From positions 37,138,001 to 37,202,000 of the forward strand of contig OZ024744.1 of the NCBI GenBank assembly GCA_964016885.1: 64,000 nucleotides of DNA, read 5' to 3'. Source of the DNA: Eledone cirrhosa (taxonomy: Eukaryota). The notes under the pieces were generated by a model. It searched no databases. It worked only from the letters and a program-made list of their open reading frames with translations, and was not told the DNA's origin. This document shows, one piece after another, positions 13,775 through 26,241 of this stretch (positions within the stretch are counted from its first letter, which is position 1; the number at the start of each line of letters is the position of its first letter). Both the position numbers and the translations under genes were made by a program.

Positions 13775-13888
13775 CTTATATATAGAGAGAGACAGATACA
13801 TATGCATATGTATATATAAATAAATATATATGTATATATATATATATATACATATATACATATATATACATACATATACATATGTATG

Positions 13889-13940
<52 letters not shown>

Positions 13941-13956
13941 CATATGTATATGTATT

Positions 13957-13988
<32 letters not shown>

Positions 13989-14024
13989 CATATATATTTA
14001 TTTGTATATATTTATATATTTATT

Positions 14025-14076
<52 letters not shown>

Positions 14077-14079
<3 letters not shown>

Positions 14080-14365
14080 TAAAAAAACGAAAAATCAGTG
14101 ATGCATCTGGACTCAGTTTATTGCGTGTTACAATTGTTTCGCCGGCAGGTAGCTCGATACATGATCACTGTATGCAGATCCTTACAGTGATCATGTATCG
14201 AGCTCCCTGCCGGCGAAACAATTGTAACACGTAATAAACTGAGTCCAGATGCATCACTGATTTTTCGTGTTTTTTATACTATCCACACTCTACTCTGTAT
14301 GAATATTGAGTGCTAATTTTGGCATACCGCCTATGGAAGCACCCTAGCTACCATTATACACAAGT
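14077..14365 (+). repeat. Fold-back insertion in (TA)n: near-perfect hairpin with arms of about 95 bp, plus 3' tail
   Basis: Arms at 14077-14172 and 14183-14280. The right arm has the hammerhead 3' half GAAACAATTGTA followed by AATAAA. Confidence 0.8.
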
Positions 14366-14542
14366 ATATATATATATATATATATATACACGGGTGTGTA
14401 TGATTGTGTATAGAAGATTATATTAATTGTTTCTACTTTTAGCACAAGGCCACACACCCAGTACATTACTGGTACTTTATTTTATCGACCCGTAAGGAGA
14501 AAAGGCAAAGTTAACCTCGGCGGGATTTGTGTATAGAAGATT

Positions 14543-14835
14543 ATATTAATAAAAGGAATTCCAACTTTGTCTGATTTACTCGTTTTATTTACAATCCTTT
14601 AAAATTATAATGATATTATAATGAAATAATATGGTAGAATACAGTTGAAAATCGCAAACTTGTCTGTCACCACTGAATATGAACCTGAAGATTGCGAAAC
14701 ATGAAAGTACGTGTTCAATTAACACGTAACATTTAATATTCTACCATACTATTTCATTATAATATCATTATAAATTTAAAGGATTGTAAATAAAACGAAT
14801 AAATCAGGCAAAGTTGGAATTTCTTTTATTAATAT
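14543..14835. repeat. Inverted repeat with arms of about 100 bp
   Basis: 14543-14641 is the reverse complement of 14737-14835. Confidence 0.8.
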
Positions 14836-15289
14836 ATATATATATATGTATATATATATGTAGATAAATCTACCAAAATGTACGGTAGTGTCCAATCCGT
14901 ATGAAGAACTCAATGTAATCCGAATATCATGAAAAGTGAAGACGTATTAAAAAAAAAATGTTTTCCGATGAAAAATACAGGAAAACAGAGTCAAGATAAA
15001 TTAATAAAAATAATGAAGAAAAACAAAGAAACAGTTCCTTATATTATTTCATTATTTCTGAAGACAGCATATATATGTGAAGGTATGTATATTCCCTCTG
15101 ATAGTTTGTAAAATTTTTACATAGATCTATATGATATACATACCAACACAAACATATATCCTAGAAACGATCGTAATATGATGAATTTTTTAATATAAGG
15201 AACTGTTTCTTTGTTTTTATTCATTATTTTTATTAATTTATGTATATATATATATATTTATGTGTGTGTGTTTGTGTCGGGTTCAATCT

Positions 15290-15450
15290 GGGGTAACCAC
15301 AGAAAGTAAGATACTCAATATATAGAAGAGTATATAATGTTTAATATAGAAATGGCTTCTAAAGGACTAGAACTGTTTCATTCCTGATGATTTCCTTCGA
15401 ATGAAACAGTTCTAGTTCTATAGAAATCCTTTTTATATTAAACATTATAT
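15290..15450 (-). repeat. Short fold-back element in (TA)n
   Basis: Inverted arms at about 15331-15383 and 15399-15450. TACTC..TATTGAGTA hairpin near the 3' end. Confidence 0.6.
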
Positions 15451-15545
15451 ATATATATATATATGGTAAACAGAAATAACAACACCAGCGGTACAGTATA
15501 CGGAAGAAATATATTAGGTTAACGTTGGAAATATCAGGAATAGCG

Positions 15546-15581
15546 TCTTAACGTTTCGGACGCTAGTCCTTCATCAGAAGA
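15546..15581 (-). ncRNA. Minimal type I hammerhead ribozyme
   Basis: TCTT-CTGATGA-A-GGAC tagc GTCC-GAAA-CG-TT-AAGA. Palindromic loopless stem III. Confidence 0.8.
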
Positions 15582-15879
15582 AAGGATGAGAAGTAAGTTA
15601 GATTGAAGGGACGGGCGGCGTGGAATTGGAAAAAATATCTTTAGATAAAAGTAACAGGTACATTCATGTTGACATCTATATATATGTGTGTAAGTGTGTG
15701 TGTGTGTGTGTGTATGCGTGTCTGTATGTGTATGTATGTGTTTATAATCTTTTGGACATATATAATGTTTCTATAACAATATTCATCAGTACACGGAATA
15801 TTAGGGGTGACTATAGAAGTCGAGTTAAAACTGTTTTCAGTACAATCTTTCTTTGTCTACGGCTTTTAAATATTAATAA

Positions 15880-16060
15880 TTGTTTCTACTTTTGGCACAA
15901 GGCCAGCAATTAATTCAGTGTATTACTGGTACTTTATTTTATCGACCCCGTAAGGATGAAAGGCAAAGGTAACCTCTGCGGAATTTTAACTCAGATCGGA
16001 AAGGGCCGTAACTCTTCACTGCATAGCATGGCGTTCGACTCTCTACCGATAGTGCCAATA
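15880..16060 (-). mobile_element. Meta-like tRNA SINE
   Basis: GCCTTTCATCCTTACGGGGTCGATAAAATAAAGTACCAG domain and the shared tail. Confidence 0.8.
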
Positions 16061-16695
16061 CCCAATATTAAACAAACAAATCTTTATATTTCGCTGTATT
16101 TTAACATTACATTGGAAAATATCGTCAACAAACTTCTCCGATGATTTTATATCTTTAAAGATCCTTCCTCGTTGTAGGATTATATATGTTGAGGATATTG
16201 AAGTGCTGAGGAATCTAAACAGTCTTCAATCTTTTCGTCGCACTAATTACCACAAGAATATTACAGATATCACATTCGCAAGGATTAACTTATCGAGCTC
16301 GTGCTAAGTCTTAAGACCGTGGATAGCCACGTTGTGTGATCCTCTGTGTGTGAAAGGTAAGTGCTATCGTTTACTAAAGTAAACGATATCCTCATACCCA
16401 GTATGTAGTTAGAGATAGATAGAGAGAGATGGGGTGAGGGATCTATAGGTAATAGCTAGATATATAGATATATTTCTTTATTTACCATAAAGGCATAAAA
16501 TGAAGGGACAAATACAAAGGGGGAGTTTACATACAATCGAGTAAAAAGGGTATAAAATGAAAATAATCGAAAACAACCTCAAGGGGGGGGGGGGGGGCGT
16601 GATGGGGGTTGCATCCCCCCCCCCCCGAAAAAGTGTGCAATCCTTTGCCCGGGGAGCACATGGAGAAGGTGCTCCCCTCTCCTTCACTTCTTTAC

Positions 16696-19600
16696 CTACA
16701 GGATGGTATACAGAGAAGGCCCATTTACACGAGCCATTCTCGCCACTATCACCCACCTTTCATAAAACTGCCTGTGGCCAAGCACCTCTCTCTCCATTCT
16801 TATCCTTCTTCCGAAGTGATATCGGAAGAAGTAGACCAGACTATGGCCAGAGAGGAAGTTGCCTGACCTCAGACCTTTCAATCGTGTCCACCAAACAACC
16901 TCTTTCAACATGGCTATTACGCAGAGAAAAACCGCCTTTGCTTCCTTTGTGAAGAGGGGAGGTGGTTTGATTGTCATCACGGACTCGGCGGTCAATTGAA
17001 TCGGCGCCACCCGCGACAGCAGTCGTTCGGCGTAGCCCCACAATCAGCCACGCCCGGACATTGTACCAATGCGTGCGCAACGGTTTCTTCGTGACGCACG
17101 CATCTAGGGCAAATCTTTTTCGAGGGATCCCTGCCCGGGCGCCCGTGTCTGTAGAGCCTCTCTCGAACGGGTAGAGCCCCTCGGCAGCACTGCCAGGCTA
17201 GTGACTTCTGAAAGTTGTCCATTGGTCCCGGGCCGAAAGTCCTACCGAACAGGCTGGCCAGTTCGTCCTCTTCCATGTCCAGCGACTCTCCAAGGGTGTC
17301 ATCGCCCCTGCTAGCCACCAGCCCTCTATAGAATGATGAGGTGGATTCTCCACCGATGGCCTGTCCCGCTTGCCAGAGAGCCCTGAGCGCCTGAGCACAC
17401 TCAGTGTGACAGTCTCCCAGTTTTCCGGATCTTTGCTTGACCCAGGACTGCAACTCGGTGAGCGAGACGAGTCTCGGAAAGGAACGTTTCACGAACAGAG
17501 CCCATACCGGTTGACCAGTGAGGAATACCTGTAGGTGCCGTAGCCTTAATGCGTGCCTAAGCATCATCAACCACGGCATCCCCAGCCCTCCTTTCGAAGG
17601 TTGTTGGCAGCAGATGGATCTTCTCACCATAGGAGGGCGCTTCTTCCAAAGAAATTGGAAGAGCATGCGTTCCATGGTGGTGAGTGTTTCCTTAGGGCAA
17701 GGCACGACAGTCAGGCGGTAGTAAGTGACGGACGCTATGTAAATGTTCGCCACCTCCGTCCGGCCTTTTAGGGACAGCTTACACTTGGCCCATTTCTGGG
17801 TTAGTGCAAACACCTTGTTCGTAACCTCGTCCCAGTTCTTTTCCACCTGACCCCAAGCAACTTTACCGGGCCCTCCGTCCAGTCTCCGACGACACCGTCG
17901 GGAGGCATCGGTCTGCCGCTCCACGTTCCGAGTTGCAGCCCGATGGATTTTTCCCGGTTCAGTTTCGCTCCTGACAATCTTTCGTAATCCTCCAGTAAGG
18001 TACCGATCGCCTCGATCTCCGAGTCGGTCGATACCATTACTGTTACGTCATCGGCGCAGGCCGACACCGCTTTGCTCAATCCTGGTTCCAGGGGGATACT
18101 CTGCAACAACTCTAACTTCCTCATTAAAGGCTCGAGAGTCATACGTACAGAAGGGAGGAGAGAGGGCACCCCTGTCGAATGGATCGTGTGATTTCGAACT
18201 GCTTCGAAAGGTAGCCGTTCACCTTGATCCTAGAACAGATGTGGTTGCTATGTAAGGCAGTGATCCAGCCTCTGAAAACAGGACCGAACCCAGCCGCCGC
18301 TAGCACTGCATCCAGGTACACATGGTCGACCCTAACGAAGGCCTTAGACTGATCCAAGTTGAGCAGGCCCCACCGAAGCCGAGTTTGTTGCCAACCCTCT
18401 CTATGATGTATCGCATGAGGTGGAGGTTATCGTGAATGGACCTGGATGGGATAGCACATGTCTGTGCATCTCTCACCAGGCTACCCACGACAAGCGCCAA
18501 CCTCTTTGCTAACACCTTGGCCAAAATCTTTAACTCTGTGTTTAGCAGGGTTATGGGCCGAAAATTATTTATACTATCCCCCTTGTTCTCGTCCTTCCTC
18601 ACCAGCGAGACTACGCCCTTGGCTACAGAACAAGGAATTCTCCCGTTCTGCTGCCAATTGCAATAGACCGCTTCGAGGAGTTCGGAGAAGAAGACCGGCA
18701 TTGCTAAATAAAGTTCGTAAGGTATACCATCGAGACTTGGAGATTTGCGTCTGGTGCATTGGCTCAGCGCATCTCCGATCTCATCAGCCGAGATTGGTCC
18801 CTCGCAGGACTCTGCCTCTTCGCTCGAGAGACGCGGCAGGCCGTCGAGGTATGGACAGAAATCCACGTCCCCGCCCGGACCCTCGCCTCCCCCGAATAAT
18901 CGGACAAAGTGCCTTTGAAAGGCCTCGCACATCTGCTTAGGCTCCCGGATCACCCGTCCATCCTCGTCTTACAACGACCGGATGGTGGATCGATTTCCAC
19001 TCTTAGCTTCTGTCACGCGGGCCCAGCCAACGGCTTTGGCCCCCTCATTACCTAGAGCACGTATTTTACTTCGAATGACGCAGCCTTCGTGCTTTACATC
19101 GAAAAACTGGTTCAAGGCCGTCCTCGATGCCAGCACTCTGGCCACATCTTCGCTCTTGATTGCCTCTTCTAATTTACCTGTTAATTCTTTCTCGTTTCTA
19201 TTCCTATCGGCAGCTAACATCTTGCTATAACTTATTGATTCTGTTCTAATCTCTCTTTTGAGAGATGCCCACCATCGGTTGTTGACGTTTGCACCCGTCA
19301 ACCTCTCCTTAACTAATCTGCTAATCCGGTTTCTGTACGTCTCTTTTGCCGGTAAAGACAAATTAAGTTTCCAGTAACAGGGACCCTGTTTATGTGTTTT
19401 CTCGAGATTGACTACGCAGGTCACTAATTTGTGATCCGTATAGCCAACCATGCGCATTTCTGGACAGCTTAATATGTCCCTATCCTTACTTCTAACTAAG
19501 AATCTATCTAAGTACGATCTAGATTGACCACTGTGGTTTCTCCAAGTCCAGGTAGGCACAGTTGGAAAATCTAGTCGATATCTATCGACCAAGTTAAAAC

Positions 19601-20109
19601 GGTCGTTAACCCCTTGAGGCTGTTACACCCCCTCTATTAGGGCATGCTCCTGCATAGTCCCAACGTGCATCTAGGATGTCATTCCAATCCCCCGCTAGAA
19701 GCAGGGAACGCGACGTTCCCAGAAATGTCTCCAAACGCTGGAAGAAGTAGGGCCGTTCAGCTCCGAAAGGGGAGTAGGCGGCGACCAGTCTCAAGGCCGC
19801 ACCTTCACTACTGCAAACGTCTAGCACCAACAAACGACCCTCCGGGTCCGAGTGAACAACCTGTACGGCAAGACCCAGGTGTTTTTGCAGCAGTACGACA
19901 ACCCCACCTCCACCTCCAGGTTGACAGAGAGATGCATGCACCTCAAAGTCATCGAAGGTAGGGGCCAGCTACCGCACGACGCTGATCCGAGTCTCACAGA
20001 TAACCATTACATTTATACCACATGACCTGAGGTCATTTAGAAGCTTTGCTTAATTCCAAGTTGAGCCCAGGCCACGTGCATTCAAACATCCTACTCTTAA
20101 CACATCCAT
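16696..20109 (-). pseudogene. Tx1 copy C ORF2, frameshifted
   Basis: APE motifs (GDWN, SYLDRFL, TDH), RT motifs (NFRPITLLN, RQGCPLS, CADD) and CPRC..ET..HALVQC. Confidence 0.95.
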
Positions 20110-20142
20110 GTGGGAGGCAGTGCCAAAGGAGAGTGTAGAGAC

Positions 20143-21903
20143 CTACCTTTCTGCTTCCTGGGGTTCGGGTCGCACGACTTCCATGGGGTCGGGGGTGTTG
20201 GGTGAAGGGGTGTCTTGTGGTGGTGTGGGGTCGTCAGTGGGTGGTGGGGTTGGGGTGTTTGGAGTTGTGTTGGGGAGGGGAAGGGGAGGGGGAAAGCTTT
20301 TTAGTAGGACGCGGTTTATGGCTTTGACAGAGGGTGGTCCCACGTCCTCCTTAAAATCCTTTTTTAGTTTTTGGTAGAGGTTCATTGGGATCTTTATTAA
20401 TTTTAAATGTGGGTAGTTTTCTGAAGAAACAAAGTTTACACCTTCGGTTTGTACCGAAGGATTATTGTTTATGAGTTCATTTAATTTATTATTGTTTCTG
20501 TTGATGTAAGTATAGTGTAATGTCTTTTTTTCGGATGGTGTGAGTGTTTCGAAGAGGGGAGGGGCAGGTTTGGTTTTGTTTGTTGCTGGAGGGGTGTTTT
20601 GTGTTTTGTTGGATTGTGTTGACATTTGGGTGGGGGTTGTTTGGCCTTGTGTGTTTTGCACATGTTTTCTTTTTTTCCTTTTAATCTGTCTGAAGGACTC
20701 CGTTTCTTCCTCCGAATTCGTTGGGTTATCTTCAGTGTTGGAGGGAAGAGGTATGTTTGCTGGTAATGTTTCCGTGTTGGTTTTCTTTGTGGGGGAGATG
20801 GATGTCACTATGTTAGACTGTGTTGTGTGTTGTGGCTGCGGTGGTTGTGTTGTTTTATTGAGTGAGGGGTTGGGTGGGCCTGTATTTTGTTTTGGGGTAA
20901 TGTGTTGTGACTGTTTGTGTTGTGGTGGTGGTGTAGTTTTACTGAGGGACGGGTTGGGTGGGACTGAGTTTTGTTGTTTGTTTATATGTTGTGGTGGTGG
21001 TGGTGGAGCTGGTGTTGGTAGCAGGGTTTTCTTTTTGTTGAGTTGGGGACAAGCGGCCCTCAGGTGCCCTTTTCCTGCACAGATATGACAGGACGGCCTT
21101 CTCCCCTCCACGCTAATGTTTATATACCCGTGGCCCTCTAATAGGATTCTGTCGGGTATTTGGGCGATGTGTTCAGGCTTCATTTGCACTACAAGTTCTA
21201 TACCTGTTCCACTGAACGCATTGCCTGTGGTTTTCCCATTGGAAATCACGTTGTCATTCACTGGATCGATGAAGCCAGCTATGAGCCAGCAGTAGTCCAC
21301 ATCTGGCATCATTGCATCCAGCCTTATGCGTTGAGTTCTTTTATCCATATAAGATGGATAAAAGGTAAAATTTTTCGAACGAATCGGTGACAAAGCACAT
21401 TTTTTTGCCGCCGATTCGTTCTTCATAATAATCGCTAGGCTTCCATACAGTCTGTCTTTTCTTATGAAAGTGGTTTCATTAAGTACTTCTGTAAGTACTG
21501 TTTTGATTTCTGTTTGAGTTGGCTGTTCAGGTTTTTTTGAAATCTTGTTGATGGTGCGGAAAACGACCGTTCGACTTTCAATGTCTTTGGTGAGTTCTTG
21601 AGGCATTTTTACCGATAAAATACCATTCTCTCCTTCAGTTATATATTGTTTGGCGTCTGCAATTCTTTGTGCCACATCTGAAATATTTTCAGGTATATAT
21701 GTCAAAGATTTATTTGTTGTTTGTGCAAATGAAATATCATTGGTGTTGACTTTGTCGTCTGCTTTGCTTTCTGTTATGATGTTGTTTTCAAATGTTATTT
21801 TTGTGTTTGTCGTATCTTTGCTTGTGGTATTAATATTGTCATGCAATTTTTCAAATTTTTTTTTCGTTGTTGGAATCCATGTCCAGATTTGTGTTTTCGT
21901 CAT
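20143..21903 (-). CDS. Tx1 copy C ORF1, 586 aa open (true start probably further upstream)
   Basis: CHICAGKGHLRAAC knuckle, Pro/Thr/Gln-rich linker, IKRKKRK basic patch, directly upstream of ORF2. Confidence 0.85.
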   Translation of the reverse strand: MTKTQIWTWIPTTKKKFEKLHDNINTTSKDTTNTKITFENNIITESKADDKVNTNDISFAQTTNKSLTYIPENISDVAQRIADAKQYITEGENGILSVKMPQELTKDIESRTVVFRTINKISKKPEQPTQTEIKTVLTEVLNETTFIRKDRLYGSLAIIMKNESAAKKCALSPIRSKNFTFYPSYMDKRTQRIRLDAMMPDVDYCWLIAGFIDPVNDNVISNGKTTGNAFSGTGIELVVQMKPEHIAQIPDRILLEGHGYINISVEGRRPSCHICAGKGHLRAACPQLNKKKTLLPTPAPPPPPQHINKQQNSVPPNPSLSKTTPPPQHKQSQHITPKQNTGPPNPSLNKTTQPPQPQHTTQSNIVTSISPTKKTNTETLPANIPLPSNTEDNPTNSEEETESFRQIKRKKRKHVQNTQGQTTPTQMSTQSNKTQNTPPATNKTKPAPPLFETLTPSEKKTLHYTYINRNNNKLNELINNNPSVQTEGVNFVSSENYPHLKLIKIPMNLYQKLKKDFKEDVGPPSVKAINRVLLKSFPPPLPLPNTTPNTPTPPPTDDPTPPQDTPSPNTPDPMEVVRPEPQEAER

Positions 21904-22310
21904 TTTTCTCCGCAGATTCGTCTGTTTTTTTGTTTTTTTTCCTTCCTTCTCTATGACGTTAGTTGCGAAGGAAGGGGGGACTAAAGCGTGCGAGCTTACA
22001 ACTCTTACCGCTGTCCCCCCCCCCCACCACTATTTTCGTTAGCTTCGTTTAACATTTCTGTCAGACGATTGAAATTTGTTATGCCACAAAATTTTTTAAA
22101 AACAGGTTTTTCACCCCTAGGAGGGGTAAAGATGAGCTGACCCACCGCCTGACAGTTCAGACGGGGGGTCAAGCTACACAATAGTATCAAAATTAAAATT
22201 GAACTTACAAAATTTCCGCAATAAATTTGAACAAAACTTCTGCGCGAAGTGAATTACATCTACGCTGTAGAACAGACGACAGCTAGATTTATAGCTAGAT
22301 AGATAGATAG

Positions 22311-22526
22311 ATTTCTTTATTAGCCACAAGGGCGCAACAAGAAAGGGGACAATACAAAGACATGCCGGGGATTTTACATACAGTCGTGTAAAAAATATAA
22401 AAACAAACAATTTCAACAATCGAAATCCCCAATAGGGGGGGAGGCGCCACAAATGGGTTGTTTAATACCCCGTCGATAGAACAACCCTCAACTCAAGGAG
22501 CGTGTTGTGCAAGTGCTCCTTTCTTC
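22311..22526 (-). mobile_element. Tx1 3' UTR-only insertion between (GATA)n runs
   Basis: CCCTATTGGGGATT and CCCTTGTGGCTAATAAAGAAAT motifs. Confidence 0.8.

Positions 22527-22583
<57 letters not shown>
22527..22583. repeat. (GATA)n microsatellite
   Basis: Perfect run between Tx1 copies. Confidence 0.95.
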
Positions 22584-22584
<1 letters not shown>

Positions 22585-22788
22585 TGTTTCTTTTATTTGC
22601 CACCAGGGCATCAAAAGTGGGACAAGTACAATGGGGGGAGTTTACAAAACAAGGCGTCCTCAATAAGGAGGAGGCAATAACAATATATAAAAATAAAATA
22701 AAATATAACAAAAAATAAAATTCATAACAAAGTCCTTTTCTCAGGAGCACAGAGAATGGGTGCTCCCTTGGTCTTTCATCTTCCTCAC

Positions 22789-25700
22789 CTATAGTCTGAT
22801 GTAGAGTGAAGGCCCATTCACACGGGCCATTCTCGCCACTTTCACCCATCTTTCATAAAAACGGCTGGGGTGCAGCACTCTCTCTCCATCCTGATCCTTC
22901 TTCCGAAATGATATCGGAAGAAACGGACCAGTTGTTGGCCAGAGAGAAAGGTGTCTGACCTCAGTCCTTTCAGACGCGTCCACCATACAACCTCTTTCGT
23001 CATGGCTATTACGCACAGAAACAACGCCTCTTCTTCGTTTTTGAAGAGGGGAGGCGGCTTGATCGTTACAATAGACTCGGTGGTCAACCGGATCGGTCCC
23101 ACCCTTGACAGCAGTTGTTCGACATAGCCCCACAGATCGGCAATTCCCGAGCAGTGTACCAATGCGTGTGCAACGGTTTCCTCGTCGCACACGCATCTGG
23201 GACAGATCTTTTTCGAGGGGTCCCTACCCGGGCGCCCGTGTCTGTAGAGCCTTTCTCGAACGGGCAGAGCCCTTCTGTAGCATTGCCAGGCCAGGGACCT
23301 CTGGAAGTTATCCATGGGTCCTGGGCTGAATGTCCTACCGAACAGGTTGGCCAGTTCGTCTTCCTCCATGCCTAGGGTTTCTCCGAGGGCGTCGTCGCAC
23401 CTGCTAACCACCAGCCTTCTATAGAATGACGAGGTGGATTCTCCACTGACAGCCGGGTCCGCCTGCCAGAGAGCCGTGAGCGCCTGGGCACACTCGGTGT
23501 GCCAGGTGCCCAGTTTTCTCGGTCTTTGCTTGACCCAGGATTGCAGCTCGGTGAGTGAGACGAGTCTGGGAAAGGCTCGCCTCACAAACGGGGCCCACAC
23601 CGGTTGACCGGAGAGGAATACCTGAAGGTGCCGTAGCTTTAATGCGTGTTTACGTATCATTAGCCACGGCATCCCCAGCCCTCCTTTCGAAGGGTGTTGA
23701 CAGCACATGGATCTCCTCACCATAGGAGCCCGCTTCTTCCAAAGGAATTGGAAGAGTGCGCGCTCCATTTTGGCGAGCGTTTCCCTTGGGCAAGGCACAA
23801 CGATCAGGCGGTAGTGGATGACGGACGCTATATAAGTGTTCGCCACCTCTACCCGACCTTTCAGGGACAGTTTGCACTCGGCCCACTTCTGGGTCAGTGC
23901 AAACACCCTGTTCGTTACCTCACCCCAGTTCTTCTCCACCCGGAGGTCTGGTGCGAACCAGACCCCGGGCAACTTCACGAGGCCCTCCGTCCAGCGCCCG
24001 ACGTCGCCATCGGAGGGCATCGATCTACCCCTCCACGTGCCGAGTTGAAGACCGATCGACTTGTCCCGGTTCAGCTTAGCCCCTGTAAACCTTTCGTACT
24101 CCTCCAGTAAGGTGCCGATCGCCCCGATTTCCGAGGCCGTCGACACTATTACTGTTACGTCATCGGCGTAGGCTGACGCCGCTTTCCGCAATCCCGGTTC
24201 CAACGGGATGCCCTGCAACAACTCCAACTTCCGCAGCAGTGGCTCTAGAGTCACTACATACAGAAGGGAGGAGAGAGGGCGCCCCTGTCGGATGGACCGC
24301 GCGATTTCGAACGGCTCCGAGAGGTAGCCGTTCACCTTGACCCTAGAGCAGATGCGGCTGCTGTGCATGGCATTGATCCAGCCCTTGAAAAGGGGTCCGA
24401 AGCCAGCCGCCGCTAGCACCGCATCCAGGTAACCATGGTCGACCCTATCGAATGCCTTAGATTGATCAAAGTTGATCAGGGCCCCACCAAAGCCGGGTTC
24501 GTTCCCAACCCTCTCTATGATGTATCGCATGAGGTGGAGGTTGTCATGGATGGACCTGGACGGGATAGCACATGTCTGCGCATCTCCCACCAGGTTACCT
24601 ACGACAAGCGCCAACCTCTTTGCTAGCACCTTGGCTGTAACTCTGTATTTAGCAGAGTTATGGGCCTGAAATTATTTATATCGTCCCCCTTGTTCTCGTC
24701 CTTCCTCTCTAGCGTGACTATGCCCTTGGTCACAGCACAGGAAATTCTCCCGTTCTGTTGCCAGTTGCAGTAGACCGCCTCGAGGAGATCGGGGAACAAG
24801 TCCGGCATAGCTAGATATAGTTCGTATGGAAGACCATCGAGACCCGGGGATTTGCGTTTGCCGCATTGGCTCAGCACGTCCTCTATCTCAGCGGCTGAAA
24901 TCGGCTCCTCGCAGGACTTCGCCTCCCTGACCGAGAGACGCGACAGGCCGTCGAGGTATGGACCGAAGTCCACATCTCCAACCGGCTCCCCGCCCCTTCC
25001 GAACAATCCCGCAAAGTGCTTTTGAAAAGCCTCGCACATCTGCTTAGGTTCAAGGATCAGCCGTCCATCCTGGTCTCGCAAAGACCGGATAGTGGATCTG
25101 CTCCCTCTTTTGGCTTCTGTCACGCGGGCCCAGCTAACAGCTTTGGTCCCCTCGTTTCCCAGAGCACGTATTTTGCTTCGGAAGATGCAGCCTTCGTGTT
25201 TCGCGTCGAAGAACTGGCCCAGGGCCGTTCTCGACGCTAGCACTCTGGCCACGTCGCCGCTTCTAATTGCCTCTTCTACATTATCTACAACTCCCTTTCC
25301 TTCCTATTTCTATTGGAGGCTAACTCCTTACTAAATTCTATAGAGACTACTCTAATCTCTCTTTTAAGAGATCCCCACCACCTGCTGTTGACGATGGCGC
25401 TCGTCAACCGCTCCTTAACTAAAGTGCTAATCCGGTCCCCGTAAGCCTTACTTGCCGGTAAGGACAAGTTAGCTTCCAGTAACCGGGTCGCTGTCTATGA
25501 GTTCTGTCAAGGTTGACAATGCAGGTCACTAACTTGTGGTCTGAATAGCCAACCATGCGCATTTTTGGACAACTTAAAAAGTCATTATCCTTAATTCTAA
25601 CTAAGAACCTATCTAGGTACTACCTAGATGATCCGCTACGATTTGCCCAAGTCCAGGTTGGCGCAGTCGGAAAATCTAGTCGATATCTATCGGCCAGGTC

Positions 25701-26217
25701 AAATCGACCGATTAACCCTTTGAAGCTATTACACCCCTCTCTATCGGGACAGGCCTCTACGTAGTCCCAGCGTGCATCTAGGATACCATTCCAGTCCCCC
25801 ACTAATAGCAAAGAGCGGGACGTCCCTAGAAAAGTCTCCAGACGAAGGAAGAAGTGTGGCCGCATTGACCCGAAAGGGCCGTAGGCGGCTAACAACCTAA
25901 ACGCTCCGCCTTTACCACTGCCAAGGTCCAGAACCACTAGTCGACCCTCCGGGTCCAAACGGACCATCTGTGTTGCGAGACCCAGATGTTTTTTGCAGAA
26001 GAACGACAACCCCACCCCCACCTCCGGGCTGACAGAAAGATGCGTGCATCTCAAAGTCATCAAAGGTGGCGGCCAGCTGTTGCACGTTGCTGATCCGGGC
26101 CTCGCAAATAACCATCACATCTATATGTTGTGACCTGAGGTCATTTAGAAGCATTGCTTGCTTCCAAGTTGAACCCAGGCCAAGCACATTTAAACAGCCT
26201 ACTCTTAGCATGGCCAT
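22789..26217 (-). pseudogene. Tx1 copy D ORF2, frameshifted
   Basis: MAMLRVGCLNV start, GDWN, DQSKAFDRVDH, AYADD, CPRC motifs. Confidence 0.95.
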
Positions 26218-26241
26218 GTTGGTGGTGAAGAGAAAAGGCAC

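Larger units (their letters stand above)
16474..22282 (-). mobile_element. Full-length degenerate L1/Tx1 LINE copy C, (ATCT)n-associated
   Basis: ORF1, ORF2 fragments, AATAAA at the 3' end, GATA-type repeats on both flanks. Confidence 0.95.

Noticed and set aside
14679-14730. TGAAC-CTGAAGA..GAAA..GTTCA hammerhead-like motif
   Set aside because: Stem II and the cleavage triplet are poorly formed. At best a decayed copy.
15384-15415. CTGATGA..GAAAC hammerhead on the plus strand
   Set aside because: Stem I cannot form, and the motif straddles an inversion centre.
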